A DNA stretch of 64,000 bases, taken from the NCBI GenBank assembly GCA_963748015.1, contig CAVVHE010000004.1:1248001-1312000 (forward strand), read 5' to 3'. The position numbers and the translations under genes are program-made. Each line of letters opens with the position of its first letter. The first letter of the stretch is position 1. Below, piece after piece: positions 19,733 to 29,896 of the stretch. The stretch comes from Terriglobia bacterium (GTDB lineage: Bacteria > Acidobacteriota > Polarisedimenticolia > Polarisedimenticolales > JAIQFR01). Below the pieces are notes generated by a model, which was not told the DNA's origin, searched no databases, and saw only the letters and a list, made by a program, of their open reading frames with translations.

Positions 19733-20761
19733 ATGGGGGAGAGAGCCGTGGAGGTTGGTGACGACCTTGCCTTGAGCATCTGGGATCCCGGGGACGAGTC
19801 CGTCGTTCCCAAGATCATGAAAGGGCTCGTCGCCGTCGGCGTCCCGGAACGCTTCGGGACCGGTTGGTTCTTCTGGAAGTTCCGAGACGGGCCTTGGGGT
19901 CCGGCCGTCATCGCGTACGCCCGGAACCGTTCGGACGGACGGATCGCGGGAGTGACGGCCTTCGGGATGTGGCGACTCCTGCACGACGGCCATCCCGTCC
20001 CGGCGGGGATCTCCTTCGCGACGTTCGTGCACCCGGAATTCCAGAAGCGGGGGCTGTTCACCGCGCTGACCCGCCTCGCGCAGGAGGAAGCCCTCCGTCG
20101 GGGCGCGCGCGTCCTCTTCAACTTCCCCAACCAGAACAGCCGGCACGGCTTCCTGCGCCTCGGCTGGCAGGACATGCACGGCATCGGGACGTGGGTCAAG
20201 CCCGTCCGCCTCGGACGCGTCCTGTCGCGGGCCGTGACGGGTCCCCGCTCGTTGAAGGCCGTCGTGGGGGACCCGCCCGACGCCGCGATCCACGGCGCCG
20301 TGCCGCCGTTCGACGATTTCTCCGGCCTGATCGAGGCGCGTACTTCCTGGGCGGGACTCTGGGCGGGCGAGCGCACGCCGTCCATGCTCCGCTGGCGCTT
20401 CTTCGGGCATCCCCGCTACCGGTACCTCCACATCGAGGGCGACGGCGTGACGGCGCTGGTGCGGACGGCCTCGAGGGGAAGCCTTCGCGAGGCTCAGATC
20501 ATGGACGTCTTCTTTCCGCCCGAGCGCCCGGCGGCGGCGATCCGGCGGCTGTTCCGCACGATCGCGGAGCGGTGCGAGGCCGACACGCTCGCGGTGATGG
20601 TGACGCGAGGGCACCCCCTTCGTCCCATCCTGAAGACGTCGGGGTTCCTTCCCGTCCCCAACCGCGTGAACTTCTTCACCTATCCGCTGGTGAAGGACTG
20701 CCCGCCGCTGGGGGACCAGGGAAACTGGGCCCTGTCCTTTTCCGAGATCCACATGATGTGA
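19733..20761 (+). CDS. GNAT family N-acetyltransferase (polysaccharide-locus type)
   Basis: W..WKF..GP.G, acyl-CoA-binding motif VHPEFQKRGLF..L, FNFPNQNS..GF..LGW, R....LRWRF..HP. Confidence 0.8.
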   Translation: MGERAVEVGDDLALSIWDPGDESVVPKIMKGLVAVGVPERFGTGWFFWKFRDGPWGPAVIAYARNRSDGRIAGVTAFGMWRLLHDGHPVPAGISFATFVHPEFQKRGLFTALTRLAQEEALRRGARVLFNFPNQNSRHGFLRLGWQDMHGIGTWVKPVRLGRVLSRAVTGPRSLKAVVGDPPDAAIHGAVPPFDDFSGLIEARTSWAGLWAGERTPSMLRWRFFGHPRYRYLHIEGDGVTALVRTASRGSLREAQIMDVFFPPERPAAAIRRLFRTIAERCEADTLAVMVTRGHPLRPILKTSGFLPVPNRVNFFTYPLVKDCPPLGDQGNWALSFSEIHMM

Positions 20762-20780
20762 CGCGGGGGCCGTACGGCTC

Positions 20781-21935
20781 TCAGCCGCGAGGCCGCTCCT
20801 CGAACCGGCGCCGCGCGTGCAGGACCGCCCGCCAGATCTGGTCGCCGCAGGCCTCCGGGGTCAGCTCCGCCGCGCGCATGACGGCCAGCCGCCGGAGCTC
20901 CGCCCTCCTCGCGTCGTCGTCCAAGAGCCGCAGGATGGCCGCGGCGATCGCGTCGGGATCGAGAGGATCGAACAACTCGGCCGCGCCGCCGGCCACCTCG
21001 GGCATCGGAGGGAGGTCGGAGCAGGCCATCACGCCCCCCGCCCCGAGAATCTCCGACTGCACGAACGAATTCGTCTCGCAGAGGCTCGGGAACAGGTTGA
21101 TCGTGGCGTGGTGGAACCACGCGGGCAGGTCCTCGCGCGGCAGGAGCCCCGCGTAGGTCACGCGGTCCCCGAGCGACGCCTTCTCGATCGCCTTCCGGAT
21201 CAGCTCCACCTGCGCGGGCGCTTCCGGCGGGCCCGCGATGATCAGGTCGGGAAGGGAGTGGCTTCGCAGCGCGCGCCGGTAGGCCTCGACGAGATTCAGG
21301 TGGTTCTTGTACGGCCGGATCACCGAGAGATACAGCATGTACGCCTTCCCGCCGTAAGGGTGCGGCGGAGGGCGGGCGGCGTCGACCCGGATGTGCTCCG
21401 GAACGGGGTTGAGCGCGACGAAGGAGCCTTCCGGCACCCGCCCGGCGTGCGCCCGCACCGTCTCGAGGCCGAAGCGCGAGGGCAGGACGAGCGCGTCCGC
21501 GGTTCGCGCGCTCCGCACGTACATGTGCCGCAGCAGCCGCAGCTGCAGGCGCCCTCTGGAGAAGAGCGGGAATTCCCGGACCAATGCCGGCGCGAACGGG
21601 AGCATGTTGTTGATCGAGGCCACCGTACCGCAGCTCCGGCAGAGCCGCGGCGACAGGAACCCGCTGAGCGAGTAGATCGCGCTCGCGTCGAGCTCTCGGA
21701 CCCGCGCGGGGAGCCCCTCGCGGAACCACGCGCGGAGGCGCCGCCAGCTTCCCGCTCTCGGCTCGGCGATCAGGCGGAACGACGGCGTCTCTTCGATGGG
21801 AACGGCGCCCGGAGCGCTGAGGTACACGACGTCCCAGCCGGCGGGACGCCGGAGCGCGACCGACCGGGCCAGCTCGACCTGCAGCTGGAAGGCACCCGGA
21901 CTGCTGACGTTGACCGTATCGATGAGCAGCCGCAT
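20781..21935 (-). CDS. Glycosyltransferase family 4
   Basis: YLSVIRPYKNH..LVEA, LFPSLCE.N....EILGAG, SDLPPMPEVAG.AA..FDP.D...IA.AI. Confidence 0.88.
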   Translation of the reverse strand: MRLLIDTVNVSSPGAFQLQVELARSVALRRPAGWDVVYLSAPGAVPIEETPSFRLIAEPRAGSWRRLRAWFREGLPARVRELDASAIYSLSGFLSPRLCRSCGTVASINNMLPFAPALVREFPLFSRGRLQLRLLRHMYVRSARTADALVLPSRFGLETVRAHAGRVPEGSFVALNPVPEHIRVDAARPPPHPYGGKAYMLYLSVIRPYKNHLNLVEAYRRALRSHSLPDLIIAGPPEAPAQVELIRKAIEKASLGDRVTYAGLLPREDLPAWFHHATINLFPSLCETNSFVQSEILGAGGVMACSDLPPMPEVAGGAAELFDPLDPDAIAAAILRLLDDDARRAELRRLAVMRAAELTPEACGDQIWRAVLHARRRFEERPRG

Positions 21936-21986
21936 CTAGGCTCCCGCTAGGCGCCCGCCGCGCGTCCTCGTACGGGGCGGCGGAGG

Positions 21987-22015
21987 AATATAGCCGCTAC
22001 CCCCGGGGGCTACAA
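21987..22015 (-). promoter_or_regulatory. Putative sigma70 promoter TTGTAG-N17-TATATT
   Basis: Hexamers at 22015-22010 and 21992-21987, upstream of the GT4 gene that has a GGGAG RBS. Confidence 0.45.
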
Positions 22016-22049
22016 GCGGAACGGCGCGGCGAGGGGGCGCCGTCCGCGG

Positions 22050-23801
22050 TCAGGCGAGCCGCTCGAGCCGGAAGCGCAGCTCCGCGCCGTTCCCCGCGGT
22101 TCCCTTCCAGGAGACTACCGGCCGCGGCACGCTCGAGCCGAACCGCTCGCAGTAGACGCCGGCCTCCACCGCCAGCGACCCGCCTCCCGGCGCCGAAAGG
22201 CGCAGGCGCGCCGCGCCGGGCAGGTCCAGGACGGCGGCCCCGGCGGAAACCGACGCGCGGACGCTCGGGGCGAGCCCGAGCCGGACGACCACCGGGGCGC
22301 CTCCCGGGCCGTCGAGCCGGTCGATCCACGTCAGCCCCCGCTCGCCCTCCCACTCGATCCGCCGGCGGTGCATTCGGGCCGTTCCGAAGCCGTCGTGCTC
22401 GCCGCTCGCGGTCCTGGGGTCGATCCGCCGGCCGCGGACCCTCGGGCGCCGCCCCATGCGGAAGCTGCCGAACGGCTCGCCCTGCTCGAGGTCGCCCACC
22501 TGGAGCGTCGAGTGCGCCGCGGTGCTCCGCTCGAAGTCCCGCTCCGGACCCGCCTCGTAGCGGTCGACACCGGTGTCGGTGACGATCCTCCTCCCGTCGA
22601 CGCTCAGCTCGAAGGAGAGCGCGTCGCAGTGCGCGTGCGCAGGAAGGTGGTCGGGACCGAGCGCCCCGGCGTCGAAGAGCAGGACCGTGTCCGCCTCCTC
22701 GAAGCGGAAGTACCCCGCCGCGGGAAGATCCCGCGCGCCGGGCTCTCCGGCGCGAACGCCGCTCCCCTCGGCCAGGGCGAACAGCGCCGCCGGAGGGGAC
22801 GCTATCCCGAGGGCGCTGTCGTTGAAGAGGGCGAGCTCCCCGTCCGGATGCGACACGGCGCGGAGCGCGGCCAGCATCCTCCCCGCGCGCGCGGACAGGT
22901 CGTCCACCAGCTCTCCCCGCGCCGACCCCGAACACGCGCACAGCAGGAGATCCTCGAGGGCGAGCGCGTGATACATGGGGCTGCGCTCCTCGTGGAACCC
23001 GTCGGGAAGCACCTGGCCGTCGAGCTCCCCGAGCAGGAGCGCGGTCCCTCTCGCGCGCCAGCAGTCCCCGGCGGGGCCCCCGAACCACTCCCCTGCCGCG
23101 AAGAGGGCGCAGGCGTTCCTGAGCAGGTGATTGCCCGTGAGATCGGTCTCGAGCCATTTCTCGAGGAACGCCGCGGAGACCGCCCCCATCGCGTCGAGCC
23201 GCGCCCGGAGCTCCGCCGCCTCCGCGAGCGCCGAGGCTTCGAGCAGGCGCCTCGCGACCCACGCGTGAATCAGCCGGGAGGAGACGGAATAGCTGTTCCA
23301 CGCATCGGCCCAACCCGCCGCGGCAAAGGGCGGACAGGCCACGGTCCAGCTCTGGAGCAGCTCCGAGGCCCGTCCCAGGAGAGCCGGCGCGCGCTCCGGC
23401 TCCCGCAACGCCCCCGCCGCCGCGTCGACGAGGAAACGGTGGTAGTGGAGGTTCATCCGCCACAGGTGGGACGGCGAGGAAGGTCCGCGGTCGTTCCAGT
23501 CGGGGCGGGCCCCGAGATCGCGGCTTTGCCCCACGAACTCGAAGCGTCCGGCGAGGAGGTCGTCCGTCCTCGACGGAGAGCATGCCGCTCCGTGGAGCGC
23601 GAACGCCACGAGGGGCTCCCGCGGGCCGAGCGGCCGGACGGGAGGCGGGCCCTGCGCGAAGGCCGCCAGCCGGGCGCGCCGCGGGGCCGGGGCCGCGCTC
23701 GCGAGCCGCCGCCGGCAAACCACGACGAGCCGACCGAGGATCTGCGCGGGGCGGTAGTGGGAGAGCGCCCGAAGGTCGCGGGCCAGCCGGCCGGGGCTCA
23801 C
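22050..23801 (-). CDS. Heparinase II/III family (alginate-lyase-like) protein
   Basis: LW.MNLHYH, AW..Y..S.R, LE..L.GNHL..NA, QVL.DG.H.ERSPMYH, FNDSA, HAHCDALSFEL, RSTAAHST. GTG at 23801 overlaps the upstream TGA. Confidence 0.9.
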   Translation of the reverse strand: MSPGRLARDLRALSHYRPAQILGRLVVVCRRRLASAAPAPRRARLAAFAQGPPPVRPLGPREPLVAFALHGAACSPSRTDDLLAGRFEFVGQSRDLGARPDWNDRGPSSPSHLWRMNLHYHRFLVDAAAGALREPERAPALLGRASELLQSWTVACPPFAAAGWADAWNSYSVSSRLIHAWVARRLLEASALAEAAELRARLDAMGAVSAAFLEKWLETDLTGNHLLRNACALFAAGEWFGGPAGDCWRARGTALLLGELDGQVLPDGFHEERSPMYHALALEDLLLCACSGSARGELVDDLSARAGRMLAALRAVSHPDGELALFNDSALGIASPPAALFALAEGSGVRAGEPGARDLPAAGYFRFEEADTVLLFDAGALGPDHLPAHAHCDALSFELSVDGRRIVTDTGVDRYEAGPERDFERSTAAHSTLQVGDLEQGEPFGSFRMGRRPRVRGRRIDPRTASGEHDGFGTARMHRRRIEWEGERGLTWIDRLDGPGGAPVVVRLGLAPSVRASVSAGAAVLDLPGAARLRLSAPGGGSLAVEAGVYCERFGSSVPRPVVSWKGTAGNGAELRFRLERLA

Positions 23802-24718
23802 GATCTCGCCCGCGATCGCGCCCACCGCATGCGCCGCCACTCGGCCACGATCCGGACGAAGAGCCCCGCGGGGGGGAGGATTCGGCTCTTCCCCTGCGTG
23901 ACGGCAACGAGTCTCCGTCCCTCGACGAGGCTCCGCGCGATCTCGGCGAGCTTGTCGTACATCTTCTGCGCGAGGATCGGCCAGAGGTGGCCAAGGGACC
24001 TGGACGCGTCCCAGGCAACCCGCTGCTGGAACAGGACCGGCCCGGAATCCACCGCGGGGACCGCGAGATGCACCGTGAACCCGACGTCGTCGAAACGACG
24101 CTCGTAGGACGGCCAGAAGAACGGGGCGTTCCCCGCGTAATCCGGCGTGATCCCGCAATGCGCGTTCAGGCAGGCGATCCTCGCGAGCGACAGGGTCTCC
24201 CTCGAGAGGACGGGCGCCCCGGCGAGGAGCAACAGGTCGGGCTCGAGCGAGCGCAGCGTCTCGCGCCCCGCCGGCGAGTTGACGTCGCTCACCTCGACGT
24301 AACGGAGCCAACCCTCCTCGACGATTCCGGGGTCGTCGCGCAGCACCGGGAATTCCGCGGCGGCGCCCGCGCTCCCTTTCGCGGCCGCTCCCCGCGAGGG
24401 AGCGAGGCGCCGCGCGAGCCGCCCCGGCATGCGAGCCGCCCCCTTCACGACGAAGATCAGTAGGTTGTCGACAAAGACGCCGAAACCGCGCTTCTCGAGG
24501 AGCCGCTTGAAGTACTTCGGCGTGTCCGGTTCGACCTTGAAGCGGGGCTGGCTGACCAGCGCGATGGCGGCGCCCGACGGCCGGAGCTGCCGGGCGAGGT
24601 AACAGGCCCAGGGGCCTCGCGCGACCGTGAGGATCACGACGCTGCGGACCGCGCCGCCGATCTCGATCTCCCGTCCCGCACCGGCCGCGCCGCCGCGATC
24701 GGCCTCCGCGGAGATCAT
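23798..24718 (-). CDS. Formyltransferase family protein (N10-formyl-THF dependent; probable sugar N-formyltransferase)
   Basis: VNS......LRSLEPDLLL, CLNAHCGITPDY.G (N-x-H), GFTVH....VDSGPVL.Q. Confidence 0.8.
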   Translation of the reverse strand: MISAEADRGGAAGAGREIEIGGAVRSVVILTVARGPWACYLARQLRPSGAAIALVSQPRFKVEPDTPKYFKRLLEKRGFGVFVDNLLIFVVKGAARMPGRLARRLAPSRGAAAKGSAGAAAEFPVLRDDPGIVEEGWLRYVEVSDVNSPAGRETLRSLEPDLLLLAGAPVLSRETLSLARIACLNAHCGITPDYAGNAPFFWPSYERRFDDVGFTVHLAVPAVDSGPVLFQQRVAWDASRSLGHLWPILAQKMYDKLAEIARSLVEGRRLVAVTQGKSRILPPAGLFVRIVAEWRRMRWARSRARS

Positions 24719-25449
24719 CGTTCCTCGTCCCCGCTCCCCGGCAGGTAGCGCTCCCGGTTCCGCTCGAACTCGTCCTGCGCCTTCTCGTAGTCCGCCGGGA
24801 TCCCGATGTCGAGCCAGTTCCCCTCGAAGGGGTACGAGAGGACGCGCTCGCCCCCGCGGAGAAGCGCGTCCATCAGGTGGTCGAATCCGAAGTAGGTGTC
24901 GGGGGGCACGAGCTCGAGCACCGAGCGATGGAACACGTAGACTCCCATGCTGACCTTGTGCCGCAGCACGGGCTTCTCCTCGAAGGCGACGATCCGCTCC
25001 TCGGGGTCGGTCTTCAGGACACCCAGCTCGAGGCGCGTGGTCTTCACGTAGGTCGCCACCGTAGCCGCGGCGCCGTCCCGGCGGTGGTACTCGAAGAGAT
25101 CCCGGAAATCGAGGTCGGTGAGGAGGTCCGCGTTCATGACGAGGAAGTTCTCGGGAAGGTCCGGGATGCGCTTCAGCGGTCCCATCGTCCCGAGGGGCTT
25201 GGGCTCGTCGGAGTAGTCGAGGTCGATGCCGAAGCGCGAGCCGTCGCCGGCCAGCGCGCGGATGATCTCCGACATGTGGCCGAGCGCGAGACTGACGCGG
25301 CGGAAGCCGTGGTGGGCCAGCTGGCGCAGGACGATCTCGAGGATCGGGGTCGTCCCGATCGGGACGATCGGCTTGGGGATCACGAAGGTGTAGGGGGCGA
25401 GCCGCTTGCCCATGCCCCCCGCGAGGATCACCGCGCGTAGATCGCTCAT
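24715..25449 (-). CDS. Sugar-phosphate nucleotidyltransferase
   Basis: AVILAGGMGKRLAPYT..IPKP, E.KPLGT.G, FLVMNAD, FEEKP, WLDIG. Confidence 0.92.
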   Translation of the reverse strand: MSDLRAVILAGGMGKRLAPYTFVIPKPIVPIGTTPILEIVLRQLAHHGFRRVSLALGHMSEIIRALAGDGSRFGIDLDYSDEPKPLGTMGPLKRIPDLPENFLVMNADLLTDLDFRDLFEYHRRDGAAATVATYVKTTRLELGVLKTDPEERIVAFEEKPVLRHKVSMGVYVFHRSVLELVPPDTYFGFDHLMDALLRGGERVLSYPFEGNWLDIGIPADYEKAQDEFERNRERYLPGSGDEER

Positions 25450-25451
25450 CG

Positions 25452-26447
25452 TCACACGTTGTATTGCCAGGTCTTGTAGCGGCCCAGATTCGCTCGAACG
25501 TACTCCACCGTCCGGCCGAGACCGTCGTCGAGGCCGACCACGGGGCGCCAGCCGGCCAACTCGGCGGCCAGCCGGTTGTCGCAGAGGAGCTCGAGCACTT
25601 CCGAGTCCCTCGGCCGCACGCGCTCGTCCTGCTGCACGATCCGGTGCGTCCGGTCGAGGCCCATGACCCGGAGGGTCCGGTCCGCGAGCTCGCCGATCGT
25701 GATGCCCTTCCCGTTCCCCGAGTTCACCACGTGTCCCACCGCGGCATCGCACTCCGCGATCGCGCAGAACGCCCGAACGGTGTCCTCCACGAACGTGAGG
25801 TCGCGAATCGGATGGAGCGAGCCGAGCCGGATCTCGTTTCCCGCGAGGGCCTGGCTGACGATCGTCGGGATGACCGCGCGCGCGGACTGCCTGGGCCCGT
25901 AGGTGTTGAACGGCCGGAGCGTCGAAACCGGAACGCCGAACGAGCGGTGGTACGACTCGGCCAGCTTGTCGGCGGCGATCTTCGACGCCGAGTACGGGGA
26001 TTGCCCCTGGAGCGGGTGCTTCTCGTCGATCGGGGTGTACAGCGCGGAGCCGTACGTCTCGGACGTCGAGGTGTGGACCACGCGCGCGACACCGTGCCGG
26101 CGGCATGCCTCGAGAACGTTGAGCGTGCCGGTGATGTTGGTGGCGACGTAGGAATGGGGCGCGCGGTAGGAATACGGGATGCCGATCAGGGCGGCCAGGT
26201 GGAAGACCGCCTCCCGCCCCTCGACGGCGCGCGCCACGCTCTCGGGATCGGAAACGTCTCCCGGCACGACCTCGAGGCGCTCGCCGCGCGAGGACGCGTG
26301 GGCCTCGAGGTGTCCCCAGCTCCCCTGCGAGTTGTAGCGAACGAGGGCTCGAACGTCGCACCCCAGTCCGAGCAGCGCCTCGACGAGGTGGGAGCCGATG
26401 AAGCCCCCCGCGCCCGTCACGAGGACCTTCTTCCCTGCCAGCTTCAT
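25452..26447 (-). CDS. NAD-dependent nucleotide-sugar 4,6-dehydratase (LegB-like)
   Basis: VTGAGGFIGSHL, VRYNS..SWG.L, HLAALIGIPYSY.AP.SYV.TN, TSTSE.YG, QSPYSASK, RPFNTYGPRQSARAVIPTI. Confidence 0.9.
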   Translation of the reverse strand: MKLAGKKVLVTGAGGFIGSHLVEALLGLGCDVRALVRYNSQGSWGHLEAHASSRGERLEVVPGDVSDPESVARAVEGREAVFHLAALIGIPYSYRAPHSYVATNITGTLNVLEACRRHGVARVVHTSTSETYGSALYTPIDEKHPLQGQSPYSASKIAADKLAESYHRSFGVPVSTLRPFNTYGPRQSARAVIPTIVSQALAGNEIRLGSLHPIRDLTFVEDTVRAFCAIAECDAAVGHVVNSGNGKGITIGELADRTLRVMGLDRTHRIVQQDERVRPRDSEVLELLCDNRLAAELAGWRPVVGLDDGLGRTVEYVRANLGRYKTWQYNV

Positions 26448-26480
26448 GCCGCTCCGCCGTTCTCCGGGGCTGCGCCCCGG

Positions 26481-27623
26481 TCAACCAAGCGACGCGACGA
26501 GGCCCGCCGAGACCTCGTCCACGTCGCGGACCGACATCAGGGGATGGAGCGGGAGCGTGACGATGCGATCCGCGATCCGCTCGGTCTCCGGGACCTCGGC
26601 CCGGAACTTGCCGAGGTAGCTGGAGAAGCGATGGACCGGCGGGTAGTGGATGCTGGTCTGGATCCCCCGCTCCTTCATCCGGCCCTGCACCTGGTCCCGG
26701 TCCGCCCCCTCGGGGAGCAACACGACGAAGAGGTGGCACGCCGAATCGTCGTCCTCCCCGCCGAAGGGAAGGGTGAGGCCCGGGGCCCCGGCGAGCCGTT
26801 CCCGGTAGGCCTTGCTCAGGACGCGCCGCGTGGCGTTGTTCCTGTCGAGCTTGCCAAGCTGGACGATTCCGAGCGCGGCCTGGATCTCGGTCATCCGGTA
26901 GTTGTAGCCGACGCTCACCACGTCGTAGCTGAAGGCGTGCCCCCGGTGCTTGTCGTAGCTGAGCGCGGTCATCCCGTGGGAGCGGTTCAGGCGGACGAAC
27001 GAGCCGATCGCGTCGTCGTCCGTCGTGACCATCCCCCCCTCGCCGGTCACGAGGTTCTTGTTGGCGAAGAAGCTGAAGCAGGTGACGTCGCCCAGCGTCC
27101 CGACGGGCTTCCCCCGGCGGGTCGAACCCGGTGCGTGCGCCGCGTCGTCCACGATCCGCGGCCCGCCTGGGGCGGCCAGCGCGCGAAAGGCGTCCATGTC
27201 GCACGGGTAGCCGCCGTAGTGCATCGGCACCAGCGCCTTCGTGCGAGGGGTCATCTTGCGTGCCGCGTCCGAGGCGTCCATGCGAAGGTCGTGGGGCCCC
27301 ACGATGTCGGCGAAGACGGGGACCGCGCCGCAGTAGAGCACCGCGTTGACCGTCGCGACGAAGGTCAGGGACGGGACGACGACCTCGTCCCCCGGCCGGA
27401 CCCCCGCGGCGAGGAGCGCGAGATGGAGAGCCGTCGTGCAATTCGACAGCGCGATGGCGTGCTTCGCGCCGACCTTCTCGGCGAAGCGCTTCTCGAACTC
27501 CGCCGTCCGCGGGCCGGTGCTGAGCCACTTGCCGCGGACGACCTCCAGCACCGCCTGCTCCTCCTCGGCGCCGAAGTCGATGTCGCTGAGACAGATCTTC
27601 CAGGGGCTGGGGTCAACGCCCAT
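26481..27623 (-). CDS. DegT/DnrJ/EryC1/StrS PLP-dependent sugar aminotransferase
   Basis: WLSTGP.T.EFE, N.T.ALHLAL, GDEVVVPSLTFVAT.N, DDAAHA, FSFFANKN..TGEGG, GYNYRM. Confidence 0.94.
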   Translation of the reverse strand: MGVDPSPWKICLSDIDFGAEEEQAVLEVVRGKWLSTGPRTAEFEKRFAEKVGAKHAIALSNCTTALHLALLAAGVRPGDEVVVPSLTFVATVNAVLYCGAVPVFADIVGPHDLRMDASDAARKMTPRTKALVPMHYGGYPCDMDAFRALAAPGGPRIVDDAAHAPGSTRRGKPVGTLGDVTCFSFFANKNLVTGEGGMVTTDDDAIGSFVRLNRSHGMTALSYDKHRGHAFSYDVVSVGYNYRMTEIQAALGIVQLGKLDRNNATRRVLSKAYRERLAGAPGLTLPFGGEDDDSACHLFVVLLPEGADRDQVQGRMKERGIQTSIHYPPVHRFSSYLGKFRAEVPETERIADRIVTLPLHPLMSVRDVDEVSAGLVASLG

Positions 27624-27674
27624 CGCTGCCCTCCGTGGCCCGCCTGCTGGAAGCGGCGGGCGGCGGGACACGGG

Positions 27675-29818
27675 TTACAGGGCCACCTTCCGGGACGAAT
27701 CGCTCTTCTCCGGTCGCTCCGCGCGCCGGCCTTCCCGACCCTTCTTGCTCTGCCCGTCCTCGTAGTAGTACCCCGTGTAGTAGTAGTCGCCGTAATACGT
27801 TCGCTCGAGATCCACGTTGTTGAGAATGGCCCCGAAGACGTTGGCGCGGACGTCGCGCAGGCGCTTCAGGCTCCTCCGGATCAGCTCTCGGTCGTTCTCG
27901 TTGTGCTTGATGACCAGCGCCATCATGTCGACGAGCGAGGCCAGCACGACGCTGTCCGCCAGGCTCGCGACCGGCGGGCTGTCGACGAGGACCCAGTCGA
28001 AATCCCGCTTGAGCGTTCCGAGCAGGTTCGCGAACTTGTTGAGCCCGATCAGGTCCACCGGGTTCGGCGGGATCGTCCCGCAGGGAAACACCTTGAGGGT
28101 CGGCACGTCGGTCGCGTGCAGGAATCTCTCGTAGTCCCCCTCGCTCGCGTCGAGAAGGTAGTTCGTGATCCCCGGCTCCCGCGCGGTGCCGTAGCGCTCG
28201 TGCTGGGTCGGGCGCCTGAGGTCGCAGTCCATGACCACGACGCGATCCCCTGCCGAGGCGAGGGCGCGGCCGGTCAGCGTGACCGTGCTCGACTTCCCCT
28301 CTTGCGGGCCGGCGCTGGTGAAGAGGATCACGCGCTTCTGCCGGCTCTGGCTCGAGAACAGGATCGAGGTCCGGAGGCTCTGGAACGCCTCCTTCACCGG
28401 GTTGGAGTCGCGCTCGCGGTACTTGGGGATGATCCCGAGGATCTGCAGGCCGAGGAACTGCTCGATGTCCTCGGGGGACCGGAAGGTGTTGTCGAGATAG
28501 TCGAGGAACAGCACCGTCCCGACCGAGAGGAGCAGCCCGACGAAGAAACCGAAAGCGAGCGTCATGAGTTTCCGCGGCCGGATCGGCGCGCGCGGCACCA
28601 CCGCCTTGTCGAGCACGTACACGTTGTTGTTCATCGAGATGAGCTGCGCTCCCATGGAGAGCCTCTCCATGGTCTCGGCGACGACGTCGTACACCTTTCG
28701 CTTGGACTCGGCCTCGTCCTTTTGGTTCTCGTACGGCGAGCTGGCCTGCTTCAGGTCGTAACCCTGCTGCTCCGCCTCGCGGATCCGCTCCTTGAGGTAG
28801 GTCTCGTTCTTCTTCGCGACCTCGTACTGGACCTGCAGCTTGCCGGCGATCGCTTCGACCTCCGACCGGAGCTTCTGGTTGATCTTCTCCAGCTCCGCGA
28901 GCTTGGCCAGGACCTCGGGGTGCCGCGGCTTCTTGTCCGCGGCCAGGGACTCGAGCTGCCTCTCGAGCTCGACCTTCTGCTGGTTGAGATTCTGGATGAC
29001 CGGATCCTGCGCGACCCGCGGGAGCGCCATGAGGTCCCCCCCTCCTGGCGGATCCGGTCGAGGTTGTCCATTTCCGCGGCGAGGGACGCATTGTCCACGC
29101 GCAGCTTCGCGAGCCCGTCGTTGTACGTCGTCAGGCTCTGCTTCAGGATCTCCTGCTGGTTCTCGGGAACGAAGAGCAGGGCCTCGGCGGCGGTCTTCAT
29201 CCGCTTCGCGTCCGCCTCACCGAGACTGGTGCGGAAGGTGGTGAGCCCCCGCTGGATCTCGTCCATGATGGCGCGGAAGCTCGCGGTGGCCTCGTCCACG
29301 TTGCGCTTGACGTAGGTCTCGGCAACGGCGTTCGCCCACTCCGCCGCTTCCTTGGGGTCCGAGCTCCGGACGGCGAGCGCCACGAGGCGAGTGTTGACCT
29401 TCGGCCGGACCTGGATCTGCGCCGCGAAGGCATCCACGGGGTTCGAGAGGCTCTTGAATCTCGGGTGGTCCTGGAGGCGGAGCTGGCGGAAGACCTTCTC
29501 CGCGACGTCGCGGCTCTTCAACACCTCGAGCTGGGTGTTGAAGTACTTCTCCTCGGCCATCCAGCCCCCTCCCTCGGCGCCGATCCACTGTTCCTGGCCG
29601 GGGAGAATACGCTTGGCCTCGGGCTTGATCTCGACGACGCAGGACGCCTCGTAGATCGGGGTCGCGAGGAAGACTCGAAGCATCGTCAGCGCGACGACGG
29701 TGAGGAAGATGCCCAGCGCCGTGAACCGGCCCTGCCAGAGGACCTTCCAGTAGTCCCTCAGGTGGGCCTCGCTGGGCCCCGGCGGAGGGCTCACCGTGGA
29801 ATGCGCGGTCGTATCCAT
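27675..29818 (-). CDS. wzc: Polysaccharide co-polymerase / tyrosine autokinase, frameshifted at about 29036-29042
   Basis: N part HLRDYW.VL..TM..TPIYEA. C part P..P.K-TM, EAFQSLRTSI, Walker A GPQEGKSS, DCDLRRP, VLVDSPP, Tyr cluster YYGDYYYTGYYY. Adding one base to the C7 run gives QEGGDLMALP. Confidence 0.92.
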
Positions 29819-29853
29819 GCCGTTCCTTCCACCCCTCGGAATCGCAAGAGGGG

Positions 29854-29882
29854 AATATACGTTTGCGCTACCCCTGGCACAA
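29854..29882 (-). promoter_or_regulatory. Putative sigma70 promoter TTGTGC-N17-TATATT upstream of wzc
   Basis: Hexamers at 29882-29877 and 29859-29854. Confidence 0.45.
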
Positions 29883-29896
29883 GGCGCCGGCCCTCG

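Noticed and set aside
22017..22047. GC-rich hairpin after the heparinase-like gene
   Set aside because: Imperfect stem with no convincing U-tract; short GC hairpins arise by chance here.
25464..29315. 1283-aa plus-strand ORF and many other long overlapping ORFs (e.g. 45872..48487, 41916..43910, 13868..15871)
   Set aside because: Antisense or alternate-frame shadows of well-supported genes. They are Arg/Pro/Gly-rich, have no motifs, and are expected at this GC content.
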